Source of the DNA: Methylorubrum extorquens
GTDB lineage: Bacteria; Pseudomonadota; Alphaproteobacteria; Rhizobiales; Beijerinckiaceae
DNA length: 32,000 nt
Direction: 5' to 3'
Assembly (NCBI GenBank): GCA_900234795.1
Contig: LT962688.1
Location: 450,001 to 482,000 of the forward strand
The first letter of the stretch is position 1. Each line of letters opens with the position of its first letter. The position numbers and the translations under genes were made by a program. This document shows positions 6,781-14,574 of the stretch, piece after piece. The notes under the pieces are model-generated. The model did no database searches. It had not been told where the DNA came from and saw only the letters and a list, made by a program, of their open reading frames with translations.

Positions 6781-8007
6781 TCAGAGCTTCAGGTAAAAGG
6801 TGCCGAGCCGGGTCGGCGGAAGGTTCGAGAACGACAGCCCGCCGCCGGGGTTCGTGATGTCGAACCCGAACACCTTCGCGTTCGGGGGCGCGGTGTTGGC
6901 GTTGCTGAGGCCCTGCTGCAGGTTAGGCACCGTCACCGCACCCGTAGAGGCCGACAGCGAGGCGGCGGCGAGCGTCTCGTGCGTGATGTAGCTGTGCGCC
7001 GGATAGTCGACGGTGACGGACCCACCAGGCAGCGCCGCCGGCAGGTTCTTGTTCGCCAGCCCCGAGAAGGCATCGCCACCGATCGCGCCCGGCATCTGTG
7101 CGTCGCCGAGCACGGAGAACCGCGCCCCTGAGACCGTCCCCGTCGAGCCGGCCGCGGCGGGCTGCGAGAGCGTGATCGTGGTGCCGTTGATGTCCGCGAT
7201 CGTGGTGCCGGCCGAAATTCCGGTTGCGGTCACCACCATGCCCACGATGAGGCGGGCGGAGCTGAAGACGGTCGCCGTGGTCGAGCCGGCGGAGAGCGTC
7301 ATATCCGTGATGGTCTGGACCCGACCGGCCGGGCTCGAACCCATGTCGTCGAGGCCACCCTGCAACAGCCCCTGCATCGTCGGGATGACGATCTGCTTGC
7401 CGGCGGAGAAGTCGCTCGAGGCCGAGGTGCCGCGCCCGCCGACCACGGATGCCACCGTGTCGGGGAACGTGTTCCATAGGTAGGCGAAGGCCGCAGCGGC
7501 GGAGGCGGAAGCGAGCTCCGTCGCGCCCGACCCGGCACCGCCGAGCGTCCGGCCGTTCATCCGCACCCAGCCCGGCATGATCCCGGCGTCCATGCGCCAC
7601 TTCACATCACCGGTCGCGGCGATGGCGGTCGGATCGACCGTGCCACCACCGCCCCCACCGCCGGCAGTCGGCGGCACGTAGCCGAGACCGTCATCGAACC
7701 AGAGCAGGTTGCCGTAGGGGCCGGTCACCTGTTCGGCGTAGAGCGCGGACGGCAGGTAGATCCGCGGGAATCGGCCGGTTCCGTCCGCCTTGACCGGCTG
7801 GGCGAGCGGCTTGGTCAGAGCGGGGTCGGAGTAGACCGCGAGCGGCGTCGTGGTCCCGGCCGCGAAGAACGCGACGCTCGGCACGAGCAGGGGCCGGCCC
7901 GATGCGTCGAGGATCTGCTGACGCGACTTCGGCCACGACTCGGCGGCCGAGGCAGCCGAGATCAGGCCGAGCGCGAGAGCGAGCCCGGCGGCGAACGATC
8001 GATGCAT
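6781..8007 (-). CDS. Tail-collar-domain fibre-like protein with Sec-type signal peptide (408 aa)
   Basis: The N-terminus is MHRSFAAGLALALGLISAASAAE (n-, h- and AxA regions). It is followed by a tailspike-type N-terminal motif (VAFFAAGTTTPLAVYSDPALTKPLAQPVKADGTGRFPRIY), a Gly7 hinge, and a collar-like segment GDVKWR...PGWVRMNGRTL...AFAYLW. Confidence 0.75.
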   Translation of the reverse strand: MHRSFAAGLALALGLISAASAAESWPKSRQQILDASGRPLLVPSVAFFAAGTTTPLAVYSDPALTKPLAQPVKADGTGRFPRIYLPSALYAEQVTGPYGNLLWFDDGLGYVPPTAGGGGGGGTVDPTAIAATGDVKWRMDAGIMPGWVRMNGRTLGGAGSGATELASASAAAAFAYLWNTFPDTVASVVGGRGTSASSDFSAGKQIVIPTMQGLLQGGLDDMGSSPAGRVQTITDMTLSAGSTTATVFSSARLIVGMVVTATGISAGTTIADINGTTITLSQPAAAGSTGTVSGARFSVLGDAQMPGAIGGDAFSGLANKNLPAALPGGSVTVDYPAHSYITHETLAAASLSASTGAVTVPNLQQGLSNANTAPPNAKVFGFDITNPGGGLSFSNLPPTRLGTFYLKL

Positions 8008-8028
8008 GTGGGGGAGCCTGAAACGACG

Positions 8029-8052
8029 AAGCCCCGCACGGGGGCGGGGCTT
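8029..8052 (-). terminator. GC-rich hairpin 22 nt upstream of the 8007 start (terminator-like)
   Basis: The stem pairs AAGCCCCGC with GCGGGGCTT around a 6-nt loop. On the minus strand it is followed by CGUCGUUUC, which is only moderately U-rich. Confidence 0.4.
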
Positions 8053-8097
8053 GGTCAGGGCCAGCGCGTAAGGCGCGGCACAATGATCAAATCGCGG

Positions 8098-8120
8098 GTT
8101 TTGCCCGACGGGTCAAGGGG
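8098..8120 (-). promoter_or_regulatory. 23-bp dyad motif, copy A (GTTTTGCCCGACGGGTCAAGGGG)
   Basis: It is 22/23 identical to 21505-21527, and the only difference is the central base of the dyad. Read on the minus strand it contains TTGACC within TTGACCCG-N-CGGGCAA. It lies in the 330-bp gap ahead of the fibre-like gene block. Confidence 0.45.
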
Positions 8121-8161
8121 CGATGGCTGGCACCGCGGCAAGGGCATGCTACCGTGGCGCT

Positions 8162-8521
8162 ATGCCCTCGTCTCGGACCATCTGGTGCCTCGCGCAGATC
8201 GCGTTCATCGCGGCGCTAACCTACGGCATGTCGGTGCCGCCCGAGGGTAACCCCGCGCCGATCAACCCGGCGCAGGTCATGGTGAGCTTCGGCGTCTCGG
8301 TGATCATGGCGGCGTTCTTTACCGCCCTGGCCACACGGCTATGGGACCGCGCGCACCTTAAGCTGAAGGGGTCCGCCGCCCTCTCGCTCGCCACCGCCAG
8401 CGCCACGCGCGCCGAGCACCACGAGGCGGTTCAGGAGCGCGATGGTGTCGGCGCCCGGCTTGGCGTTCGCGAGATCCGCAAGACGCCGTCCTCCCTCTGG
8501 CGTGGTCAGCAGCGCGGCTAA
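8162..8521 (+). CDS. Possible small two-TM protein, overlapping the 3' end of the 1093-aa gene (doubtful)
   Basis: From ATG 8162 the sequence reads MPSSRTIWCLAQIAFIAALTYGM...VMVSFGVSVIMAAFFTALATRLW, two good hydrophobic helices with high GC3. The last roughly 60 codons overlap the convergent minus-strand gene and look like shadow sequence. Confidence 0.2.
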   Translation: MPSSRTIWCLAQIAFIAALTYGMSVPPEGNPAPINPAQVMVSFGVSVIMAAFFTALATRLWDRAHLKLKGSAALSLATASATRAEHHEAVQERDGVGARLGVREIRKTPSSLWRGQQRG

Positions 8522-11500
8522 GCGGTCGACGTTCCGGCCCGCCTGCCAGTCCTCGAACGCCTGCGCGATCCGCTTCGGCAGGTTGAAGCCGCCGGTGGCC
8601 GCCGCCTTGCCGGCCTCGGCGCCAACGCTCCCCTTCTTCATCTCCGCCAGCGCCTCGGTATTGAACGAGGTGCGCGAGCCGACACCCTGGCGGGTACCAG
8701 TGGCCTCGAAGATGTCCAGCAGGCGGGAGAACCCGGCCGCCAGCCGCTCGCCATCGGGCAGGGCGCGGATCGCGGCGAAGACGTTCTCACCGGCCAGATC
8801 GTTGCCGCGGATGAAGGCCTGGAACTTGGCCCCGCCGGCTTGATTAGGGCCGCTCTGGAGATCCTTGGTTTTCGCCGCGAACTCGGTTCCGAGATAGGTC
8901 CGGACGAGCTCGCGCGCGGCCAGCGAGTTGCTCCGCGAGATCGTGCCGACGGCGGCCCCGACATCGGCCGCGGAGCCCTCGACAGGCTTGATCGGGAACA
9001 GCGTGTCGATCGCGGCCTTCACGTCCGGTCGCTCGGCGATCCGGCCCAGCGGCGAGCGTTCCACCGCCTCGCGACCCTGATGGGCGAGGGCGAGGCGCTG
9101 AAGACGGGAACGAGCCTCCGGGATCTGGGCGAGCAGGTCCTCGTTCTGGCGCATCGCGGCACGGATGCCGTCGGCGGTCAGCGGGCCGCTGCCGCTCACG
9201 CCATCGAGGATGCGCGTCACCTCGCGCGCCTCGAAGGCGTTGCGAGCCGCGGGCGTGGCGTTGGCCAGGAACTCGCGGGCGGCGGTCGCCCCTTCGAGAT
9301 GGGTCGGCACCTGCTCCGACGGCGTCTCCATCCGGCGGGTCAGCGGATCGCGTTGCGTCACTCGGGCAAGCGGAGCGTTACCGGCGAACGGTTCGAGGGG
9401 CCGGCTGTTGGCAGCGAAGTTCGCGTCCGCAGTGGCCACTTCGGGCGCGGCCTTCAGCTGCTCGTCGAGCGACCGGCGCACGGCCTGAAGGTCGCGCACC
9501 TTCGTGCCGTCGCCGTCGGCCTGCGCGCGGGCGATGCGCTGGTCAAGCCGTTCGCGGGCATGCAGCAGTCCCTCGATCGACAGATCGGTCTCACGGACGC
9601 CCGACACCGGGTCGGTGCCATATTCCATGAAGTCGCGACGCACCTGCTCCAGCTCGGTCCGGACGTCACCCTTGGCCGTGCGCGCCTGCCGGTCGATCGC
9701 GTCTAGAGCGGCCTGCGGGTTCACCTGCCCGAAGCGCGGCGCGGAGATCTCCTCCGTGACCGTCGTCGGCACCATGCGGGAGGAGGGGCCGCTCGCGGGC
9801 TCTTTCGAGGCCATCACGACGCGCTCATAAGCGCTGAGCGGGTCGGACTCGTCACCGCGCATCAGGGCCGCGGCCGCCCGGTCGAGCGTGCCCTTGTCCA
9901 CCGTTTTGGGATCGACGCCTGCCTCGGTCAGCGCGCGGCGAATGTCGGTTGTCGCCTGGCTGGCGGAGGCCTGGAACTCGTCGCGCATCGCGCCGAACCC
10001 GGACCGGTCATCGTGACCCTGCCAGTCCCACGGATAGGTGCGGCGTCCGCGGGCTTCCTGCTCTAGGAGGCCGATCAGCTCGTCATGGATATTGCGCTCC
10101 ATCCCACCGCCGACGTCGGGCGGCAGGTAGCCCTCTTCGATCAGGCGGGTGCGCCAGAAATTATCGATCCCCTTGCCGTTCTCCTGCACGAGGTTGGCGA
10201 CGCCGGGCTGCCGGAAGCGGTCGAGCCCGGCCGCCTTCACGTCCCCGCGCTCAAGACCGATGCCGCCATTCTCGGCGATGAAGCGGGCGAGCGACTTCGT
10301 GCCCGGCTGTAGGGCGGGCGCCTCCGGTCGCGTCGGCGCCATCGAGCCGATGGTGTCCGGCCCGCGCGGCGGCGGGTCGTAGCGCAGAGGGCCGCCAGCG
10401 CCGTTGTCGAGCGTCTGGAGCATCGGCTCGCCGGGCCGCTCCACGGTCACCGTGCGGTCGATGCCGATGCGCTCCTCGGCAGCGCGGGCGGCGGCATAGT
10501 CGCGGGCCGCCTGTTCGGAGCGCGCCGTCTCGCGGGCATCGGCGACACCGCGCATCTCGCGCTGGATCACCTGCCCGGCCTGATCGGGAGAGACCCGCGG
10601 GCCGGCGCCCTGCGTCGCGCGGATCACCGCCTGCCCCTCGGGTGTGGCGGCCACAGCGTTGCGGGCCGCGGCCTGGACCGCCTCGCCGGTGCGGGAAGAG
10701 GAGGGCGAGGCCGGCGCAATGGCATCGAGACCCGCCTGTCCGGCAGCATCGATCTGGCCGGGGCGGGCGGCGAAGAACTCGGAAAGCCCACCCTGTCCTT
10801 CAACGACGCGCTGGAGATCGCCGAGACGACGCGGGCCGACGACCTGCTGCAGCGCCTCCGCCCAGGTCAGGGCGACACCCCGGCCCGCCGCGTCATCCAT
10901 GAGCGAGCGAACCGCCGTGACCTCGTCCGTCGAGATCTTGCCGGCCGCGGCATCGAACAGGCGCTCGGCCGTGCCGGGGCGGCGCGTGAAGGCCTGCGCG
11001 GCGCCGCCGGCCACACCGCCGACGAGGCGGGCGACAGGCTCGGCCGCGGTGCCCTCCGTGATCTGCCCCGCCGTCTCGGAAGCGACGGCCGGCAGAAGAG
11101 CGTTGCGCGCCGCCGTGGCGACGCTCTTACCCGCGCCCGGCACGAACTCGGCGACCGTGCGCGCGAACTTGCCCGGCGTGGTCTGGGGCTCGTAGAGCTT
11201 GCCGGTCGCCGCCTCGAGCGCGCTGATCGCGGACTGGCCCGGCATCGGCAGTTCGGACGGCGATGGAAGTCCGCCCTTCACCGCCGCGCGGGCCTCCGCA
11301 GCTTCCGCTTCCGGCAGTGGTGCCTTGCCGGCCAGAGCGCGGGCACCCTTGGCCACCTTGTCGGTCAGGTAGCCGATGCCGGCCTCGGTCAGCCCGAGGA
11401 CCGTCTGCGGCAGGTCCGGCAGTCCGGCGGCGCCACGGATGATACCGGCGCCGGCCGACTGAACGACATCGCCGACCACCGACGGGGCGTCCGCCGCGGG

Positions 11501-11620
11501 CTTCCTGCCCTTGGGCGCGGCCTCATCGAACTGGTCGAAGACATTGCCGCCGGACGGCGCCGCGCCGGAGGCTTTCGGCGCGGCCGGCGCTTCATCGAAC
11601 TGGTCGAAGACGTTCGCCAT
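8339..11620 (-). CDS. Large internal-virion/ejection-type protein (1093 aa)
   Basis: This is a long ORF with high GC3. The N-terminus carries a duplicated NVFDQFDE motif and the protein is Ala/Gly/Arg rich. It sits directly after the SLT-domain protein, where P22-like phages place their ejection proteins. The function is inferred from position only. Confidence 0.75.
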   Translation of the reverse strand: MANVFDQFDEAPAAPKASGAAPSGGNVFDQFDEAAPKGRKPAADAPSVVGDVVQSAGAGIIRGAAGLPDLPQTVLGLTEAGIGYLTDKVAKGARALAGKAPLPEAEAAEARAAVKGGLPSPSELPMPGQSAISALEAATGKLYEPQTTPGKFARTVAEFVPGAGKSVATAARNALLPAVASETAGQITEGTAAEPVARLVGGVAGGAAQAFTRRPGTAERLFDAAAGKISTDEVTAVRSLMDDAAGRGVALTWAEALQQVVGPRRLGDLQRVVEGQGGLSEFFAARPGQIDAAGQAGLDAIAPASPSSSRTGEAVQAAARNAVAATPEGQAVIRATQGAGPRVSPDQAGQVIQREMRGVADARETARSEQAARDYAAARAAEERIGIDRTVTVERPGEPMLQTLDNGAGGPLRYDPPPRGPDTIGSMAPTRPEAPALQPGTKSLARFIAENGGIGLERGDVKAAGLDRFRQPGVANLVQENGKGIDNFWRTRLIEEGYLPPDVGGGMERNIHDELIGLLEQEARGRRTYPWDWQGHDDRSGFGAMRDEFQASASQATTDIRRALTEAGVDPKTVDKGTLDRAAAALMRGDESDPLSAYERVVMASKEPASGPSSRMVPTTVTEEISAPRFGQVNPQAALDAIDRQARTAKGDVRTELEQVRRDFMEYGTDPVSGVRETDLSIEGLLHARERLDQRIARAQADGDGTKVRDLQAVRRSLDEQLKAAPEVATADANFAANSRPLEPFAGNAPLARVTQRDPLTRRMETPSEQVPTHLEGATAAREFLANATPAARNAFEAREVTRILDGVSGSGPLTADGIRAAMRQNEDLLAQIPEARSRLQRLALAHQGREAVERSPLGRIAERPDVKAAIDTLFPIKPVEGSAADVGAAVGTISRSNSLAARELVRTYLGTEFAAKTKDLQSGPNQAGGAKFQAFIRGNDLAGENVFAAIRALPDGERLAAGFSRLLDIFEATGTRQGVGSRTSFNTEALAEMKKGSVGAEAGKAAATGGFNLPKRIAQAFEDWQAGRNVDRLAALLTTPEGGRRLADLANAKPGADTIALLNRLVVLGARGAGGGEREGGGPLQLKVRAVP

Positions 11621-11625
11621 CAGGA

Positions 11626-13719
11626 TCAGGGTCCCGCAAGAATGCTGTCCGGTCCGTTCTCACGGGCCGGGCCGAGGATACGCGCCGAGGCGCCGGGACC
11701 ATACTTCGCATCGAACTGGTCACGGTTGGCGGGATTGGATCGAAGGAACCTCACGGCCGCCATGGGGATGCTAACCGGGCCGGTGGGCGCTGCCTTCGCG
11801 GCCGGATCAGCCTTTGGCGCCGGAGCGCTGCCGCTCTTCTTCGGCATCTCGTAGGGCTTCACCGTGGAGAACCGCGGCAGCACGTCCTCGGGGTTGATGC
11901 CCGCTCGGCTGACGATGTCCCGGTACCGGGCCGTCTCCTGTCCGAGGGCGCCCTCGTAGGCCTGCATCCGGCCGAACGCCTCGGTCATGATGGCGTTGCG
12001 GGTCTCGGGCGTGAGGGCCTGTCCGCCATTCAGGCTGTTGATCGACCCGACGAGCCAGTCGGGCAGGGAGCCGGTGTTCTTCACCATGACCATCTCGCCC
12101 TCACGGACCACGGACCCAGGGTCCATGATCTTGCCGAGGCCGTAGACGAGGTTCAGGTCGGCCGCCTTCGTGTTGCGCGGCGCAGCTTCCACCATCGCTC
12201 CGTAGATCGGGAGCGCCTGCTCGTAGTTCTTGAACGAGGCGAGCCCCTGGATCTCGCGCCGGATGCTCTGTGCTTCCTCGCGACCCTTGCGCTCGTTCTC
12301 GACCGTCTTGTCGCGATCCGGCGCCGTGAACAGCGGCTTTCCGTCAGGGCTCACGAGGGAGGCACCAGCCGCGACCGTAACCGGCTTCGCGCTCTCGCGG
12401 TCGGGCGCCTGATAGATCACTTGGCCACCAGGTCCCACCAAGGCGCTACCGGGCGAGACCGTGGTCGGTTTCTCGGCCGCCGAGTACAGCACCTCACCGG
12501 TCGCCGTGTCGACGAGGTTGTTGCCGACGGTCGCGGTGTTCCGCTTGGCCTGCCCGATGGGGAGGATTCGCCCGTCTCGAGTGTTCACCCAGGCGGACTG
12601 CCCATTGATCTCCTTGATGTCCCAGCTCTTGTCCCCGCCCTTGAGGAGTTGCCCGAAGATCTCCCCGGCCATGGCGCGGGTGTTCGGGTTGCGCCACGCG
12701 GCGTTGAGCGCGGTCTGAAGCTCCGGCGTCATGCGGGTGGTGGTGCCGCCGGGGAAGCCGCCGAAAGCCTGCGACGGTGCTGCGGCCGGGACGCCGCCCT
12801 GCGGAACGACGAAACCGACCGGCTGCGCGCCGGCAGCCGGAAGGTTCGCCGCATCTGGCTCGGCTGAGGCGACGTGGCGCGACGCCGAAGGGAGCATCCC
12901 CATCTCGCGTTCCATCGCCTGCACGTCAGCCTCGTTGTCGGCGACCGCAACGGACGAGCGCTGCGGCGGCGCGATCTGCGGAGCCGCAGCAACTTGCGTC
13001 TGGGTCGAGGCCGAGCCGCCGCCACGCCGACCGCCCATCCACGCGTACACCTCGCCTGCGGTCTTCGGGGAGCCGTCGCGGTTGAAGAACACCGTGCGGT
13101 TGGCCGAGGCTACACCGGGACCAACCAACGACGCGGCCGGCGCATCGGGGCTGTTCAGCGCACCGGGGATGAACTTCGTCGCGCCACCCGCACCCAGGAA
13201 GTGCGCACCGTAGAGGTTCGTCGGATTGATCGGGATACCGGCTGCCGTGAGGGCCTGCGCGTTGTCCCGCGTGAAGGCCTGCATCGCCCGCTCCTGCTGA
13301 GCCGGGTCGGTGCGTCCGTTCGGGGTCAGTCCCAGGTCCGGGTACTGCTTCGCGAGCCCGGCCCAGGTGCCCTTCGTAAACTGATAGCGACCGAGCGCGG
13401 TGCTATTCGGGTTGGCCGCCGCATCGTTGCCGCCGCTCTCCTTCGCCCGCGTCGAGGCGAGATAATCGCCCATCGAGCCGCCGGTGGCCGCGAAGGTCGG
13501 GGCCGCCGCCACGGGCCCGGAAGCCGCGGGAGCAGCCATCGGCGCACCGAGACCGCTCGCCGGCACAGGCGCGGCCCCGCCACCCTTGTAGGCGTTCATC
13601 AGGTTCGAGATCAGCGTCGGCGCCTCGTCCTCCTGCGCCTGCTTGCGGGCGTCGGAATAGCCGCTGCCGAAGGCATCACCGAGTCCCGACACCATCTGGA
13701 AGACGGTCGCACCGTTCAT
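11626..13719 (-). CDS. Internal virion/ejection protein with SLT-type lytic transglycosylase domain (697 aa)
   Basis: The motif block KESGGNDAAANPNSTALGRYQFTKGTWAGLAKQYP...AHFLGAGGA is typical of phage SLT domains (catalytic E-S-G). There is a 5-nt gap to the next gene. Confidence 0.85.
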   Translation of the reverse strand: MNGATVFQMVSGLGDAFGSGYSDARKQAQEDEAPTLISNLMNAYKGGGAAPVPASGLGAPMAAPAASGPVAAAPTFAATGGSMGDYLASTRAKESGGNDAAANPNSTALGRYQFTKGTWAGLAKQYPDLGLTPNGRTDPAQQERAMQAFTRDNAQALTAAGIPINPTNLYGAHFLGAGGATKFIPGALNSPDAPAASLVGPGVASANRTVFFNRDGSPKTAGEVYAWMGGRRGGGSASTQTQVAAAPQIAPPQRSSVAVADNEADVQAMEREMGMLPSASRHVASAEPDAANLPAAGAQPVGFVVPQGGVPAAAPSQAFGGFPGGTTTRMTPELQTALNAAWRNPNTRAMAGEIFGQLLKGGDKSWDIKEINGQSAWVNTRDGRILPIGQAKRNTATVGNNLVDTATGEVLYSAAEKPTTVSPGSALVGPGGQVIYQAPDRESAKPVTVAAGASLVSPDGKPLFTAPDRDKTVENERKGREEAQSIRREIQGLASFKNYEQALPIYGAMVEAAPRNTKAADLNLVYGLGKIMDPGSVVREGEMVMVKNTGSLPDWLVGSINSLNGGQALTPETRNAIMTEAFGRMQAYEGALGQETARYRDIVSRAGINPEDVLPRFSTVKPYEMPKKSGSAPAPKADPAAKAAPTGPVSIPMAAVRFLRSNPANRDQFDAKYGPGASARILGPARENGPDSILAGP

Positions 13720-13723
13720 CGCG

Positions 13724-14443
13724 TCACCCGAAGATCGAGAAGGCAGAGGAGAGGTTGCTGCCGACGTTGCTCAGTGCGGCAGGGTTGCCCGCCAGTGCAC
13801 CGACGCCCTTCGCGAGCAGGTTCGCGCCACCCATCAGCGCACCGAAGCGGTTCTCGGCCGCCTGCTGCCCGGCCATCAGGCCCTGTTGCCCGACGGTGGA
13901 AAGGCCCTTGGCCGTGTCGGTCGAGATCGCGGCCTTCGCCGCGCCGGTCTGGTAGCCGATGTTGCCGAGGCCGGTTTCTGCACCGGCCTGCCCCGAGACG
14001 GCGCCGTAGCGCTTCGTGTCGAGGTTCGAGAGGTTCGAGAGCCAGTTGTTGAAATCCTGGCTGGCGAGCCCGGAGGCGAACTTCATCGCGTCGGTATCGG
14101 CGTTGCCAGAGGCGAGCGTGCCGTTGACGGCCCGGGCGCGGGCGAGCGCCTGGAGCCCCTGGTCCATGTTGAAGGTGTAGCCGGTGCCGGTCGTGTAGGC
14201 GGAGCGCGCCGCGTTCGAGGCGTCGGCTCCGTTCACACCGAGCGCGTCCTGATAGAGCTTGGAGCCGCCGCGGTATTCGTCGGCGAGATTGCCGAAGAGG
14301 CCCGACGCCTTGCCGTACTGCTCTTTGGCGAAGCCGAGGCCCTGGTCGAGCGCGTCCTTTGCCTCGGTCTCGCCCTGCTGGAGCTGCTGCGCGCCCCAGA
14401 TTGCCGCCTGACGCCCGGCCTTGCCGGAGAAGATGCTTGCCAC
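13724..14443 (-). CDS. Gly/Ala/Gln-rich virion protein (239 aa), possible ejection/needle-region protein
   Basis: GTG start at 14443 with a GGAGG Shine-Dalgarno 8 nt upstream. It is tightly packed with both neighbours. I recognise no family. Confidence 0.65.
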   Translation of the reverse strand: MASIFSGKAGRQAAIWGAQQLQQGETEAKDALDQGLGFAKEQYGKASGLFGNLADEYRGGSKLYQDALGVNGADASNAARSAYTTGTGYTFNMDQGLQALARARAVNGTLASGNADTDAMKFASGLASQDFNNWLSNLSNLDTKRYGAVSGQAGAETGLGNIGYQTGAAKAAISTDTAKGLSTVGQQGLMAGQQAAENRFGALMGGANLLAKGVGALAGNPAALSNVGSNLSSAFSIFG

Positions 14444-14445
14444 GG

Positions 14446-14574
14446 TCAGGCCTCCAGGGCGGCGATGCGGGCCTCAAGCGCTGCCGTGTAGGCGAGCAGG
14501 GCCGAGAAGAAGGCGAACCACTCCCGCGACAGGGCCAGCGAGGCGGCGTTCGGGATGGTGGGCTTGGTGCTCAT
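14446..14574 (-). CDS. Small ORF (42 aa), coupled to the upstream gene by an ATGA overlap
   Basis: These are the last 42 codons of shadow ORF 14446..15978 (MSTKPTIPNAASLALSREWFAFFSALLAYTAALEARIAALEA). ATG 14574 overlaps the TGA of the 473-aa gene. Confidence 0.45.
   Translation of the reverse strand: MSTKPTIPNAASLALSREWFAFFSALLAYTAALEARIAALEA

Noticed and set aside
8123-8161. The upstream start (8123) of the small plus-strand membrane ORF.
   Set aside because: The first 13 codons (MAGTAARACYRGA) add no feature. ATG 8162 immediately precedes the hydrophobic helices, and the whole ORF remains doubtful anyway.
12874-14052. Long plus-strand ORFs across the structural region: 12874..14052, 15036..16028, 17833..18900, 19281..20165, 20342..21340 and 27345..28463.
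   Set aside because: All are antisense to minus-strand genes that have recognisable domains or tight operon packing. Their translations are Arg/Gly/Pro-rich with no motifs.
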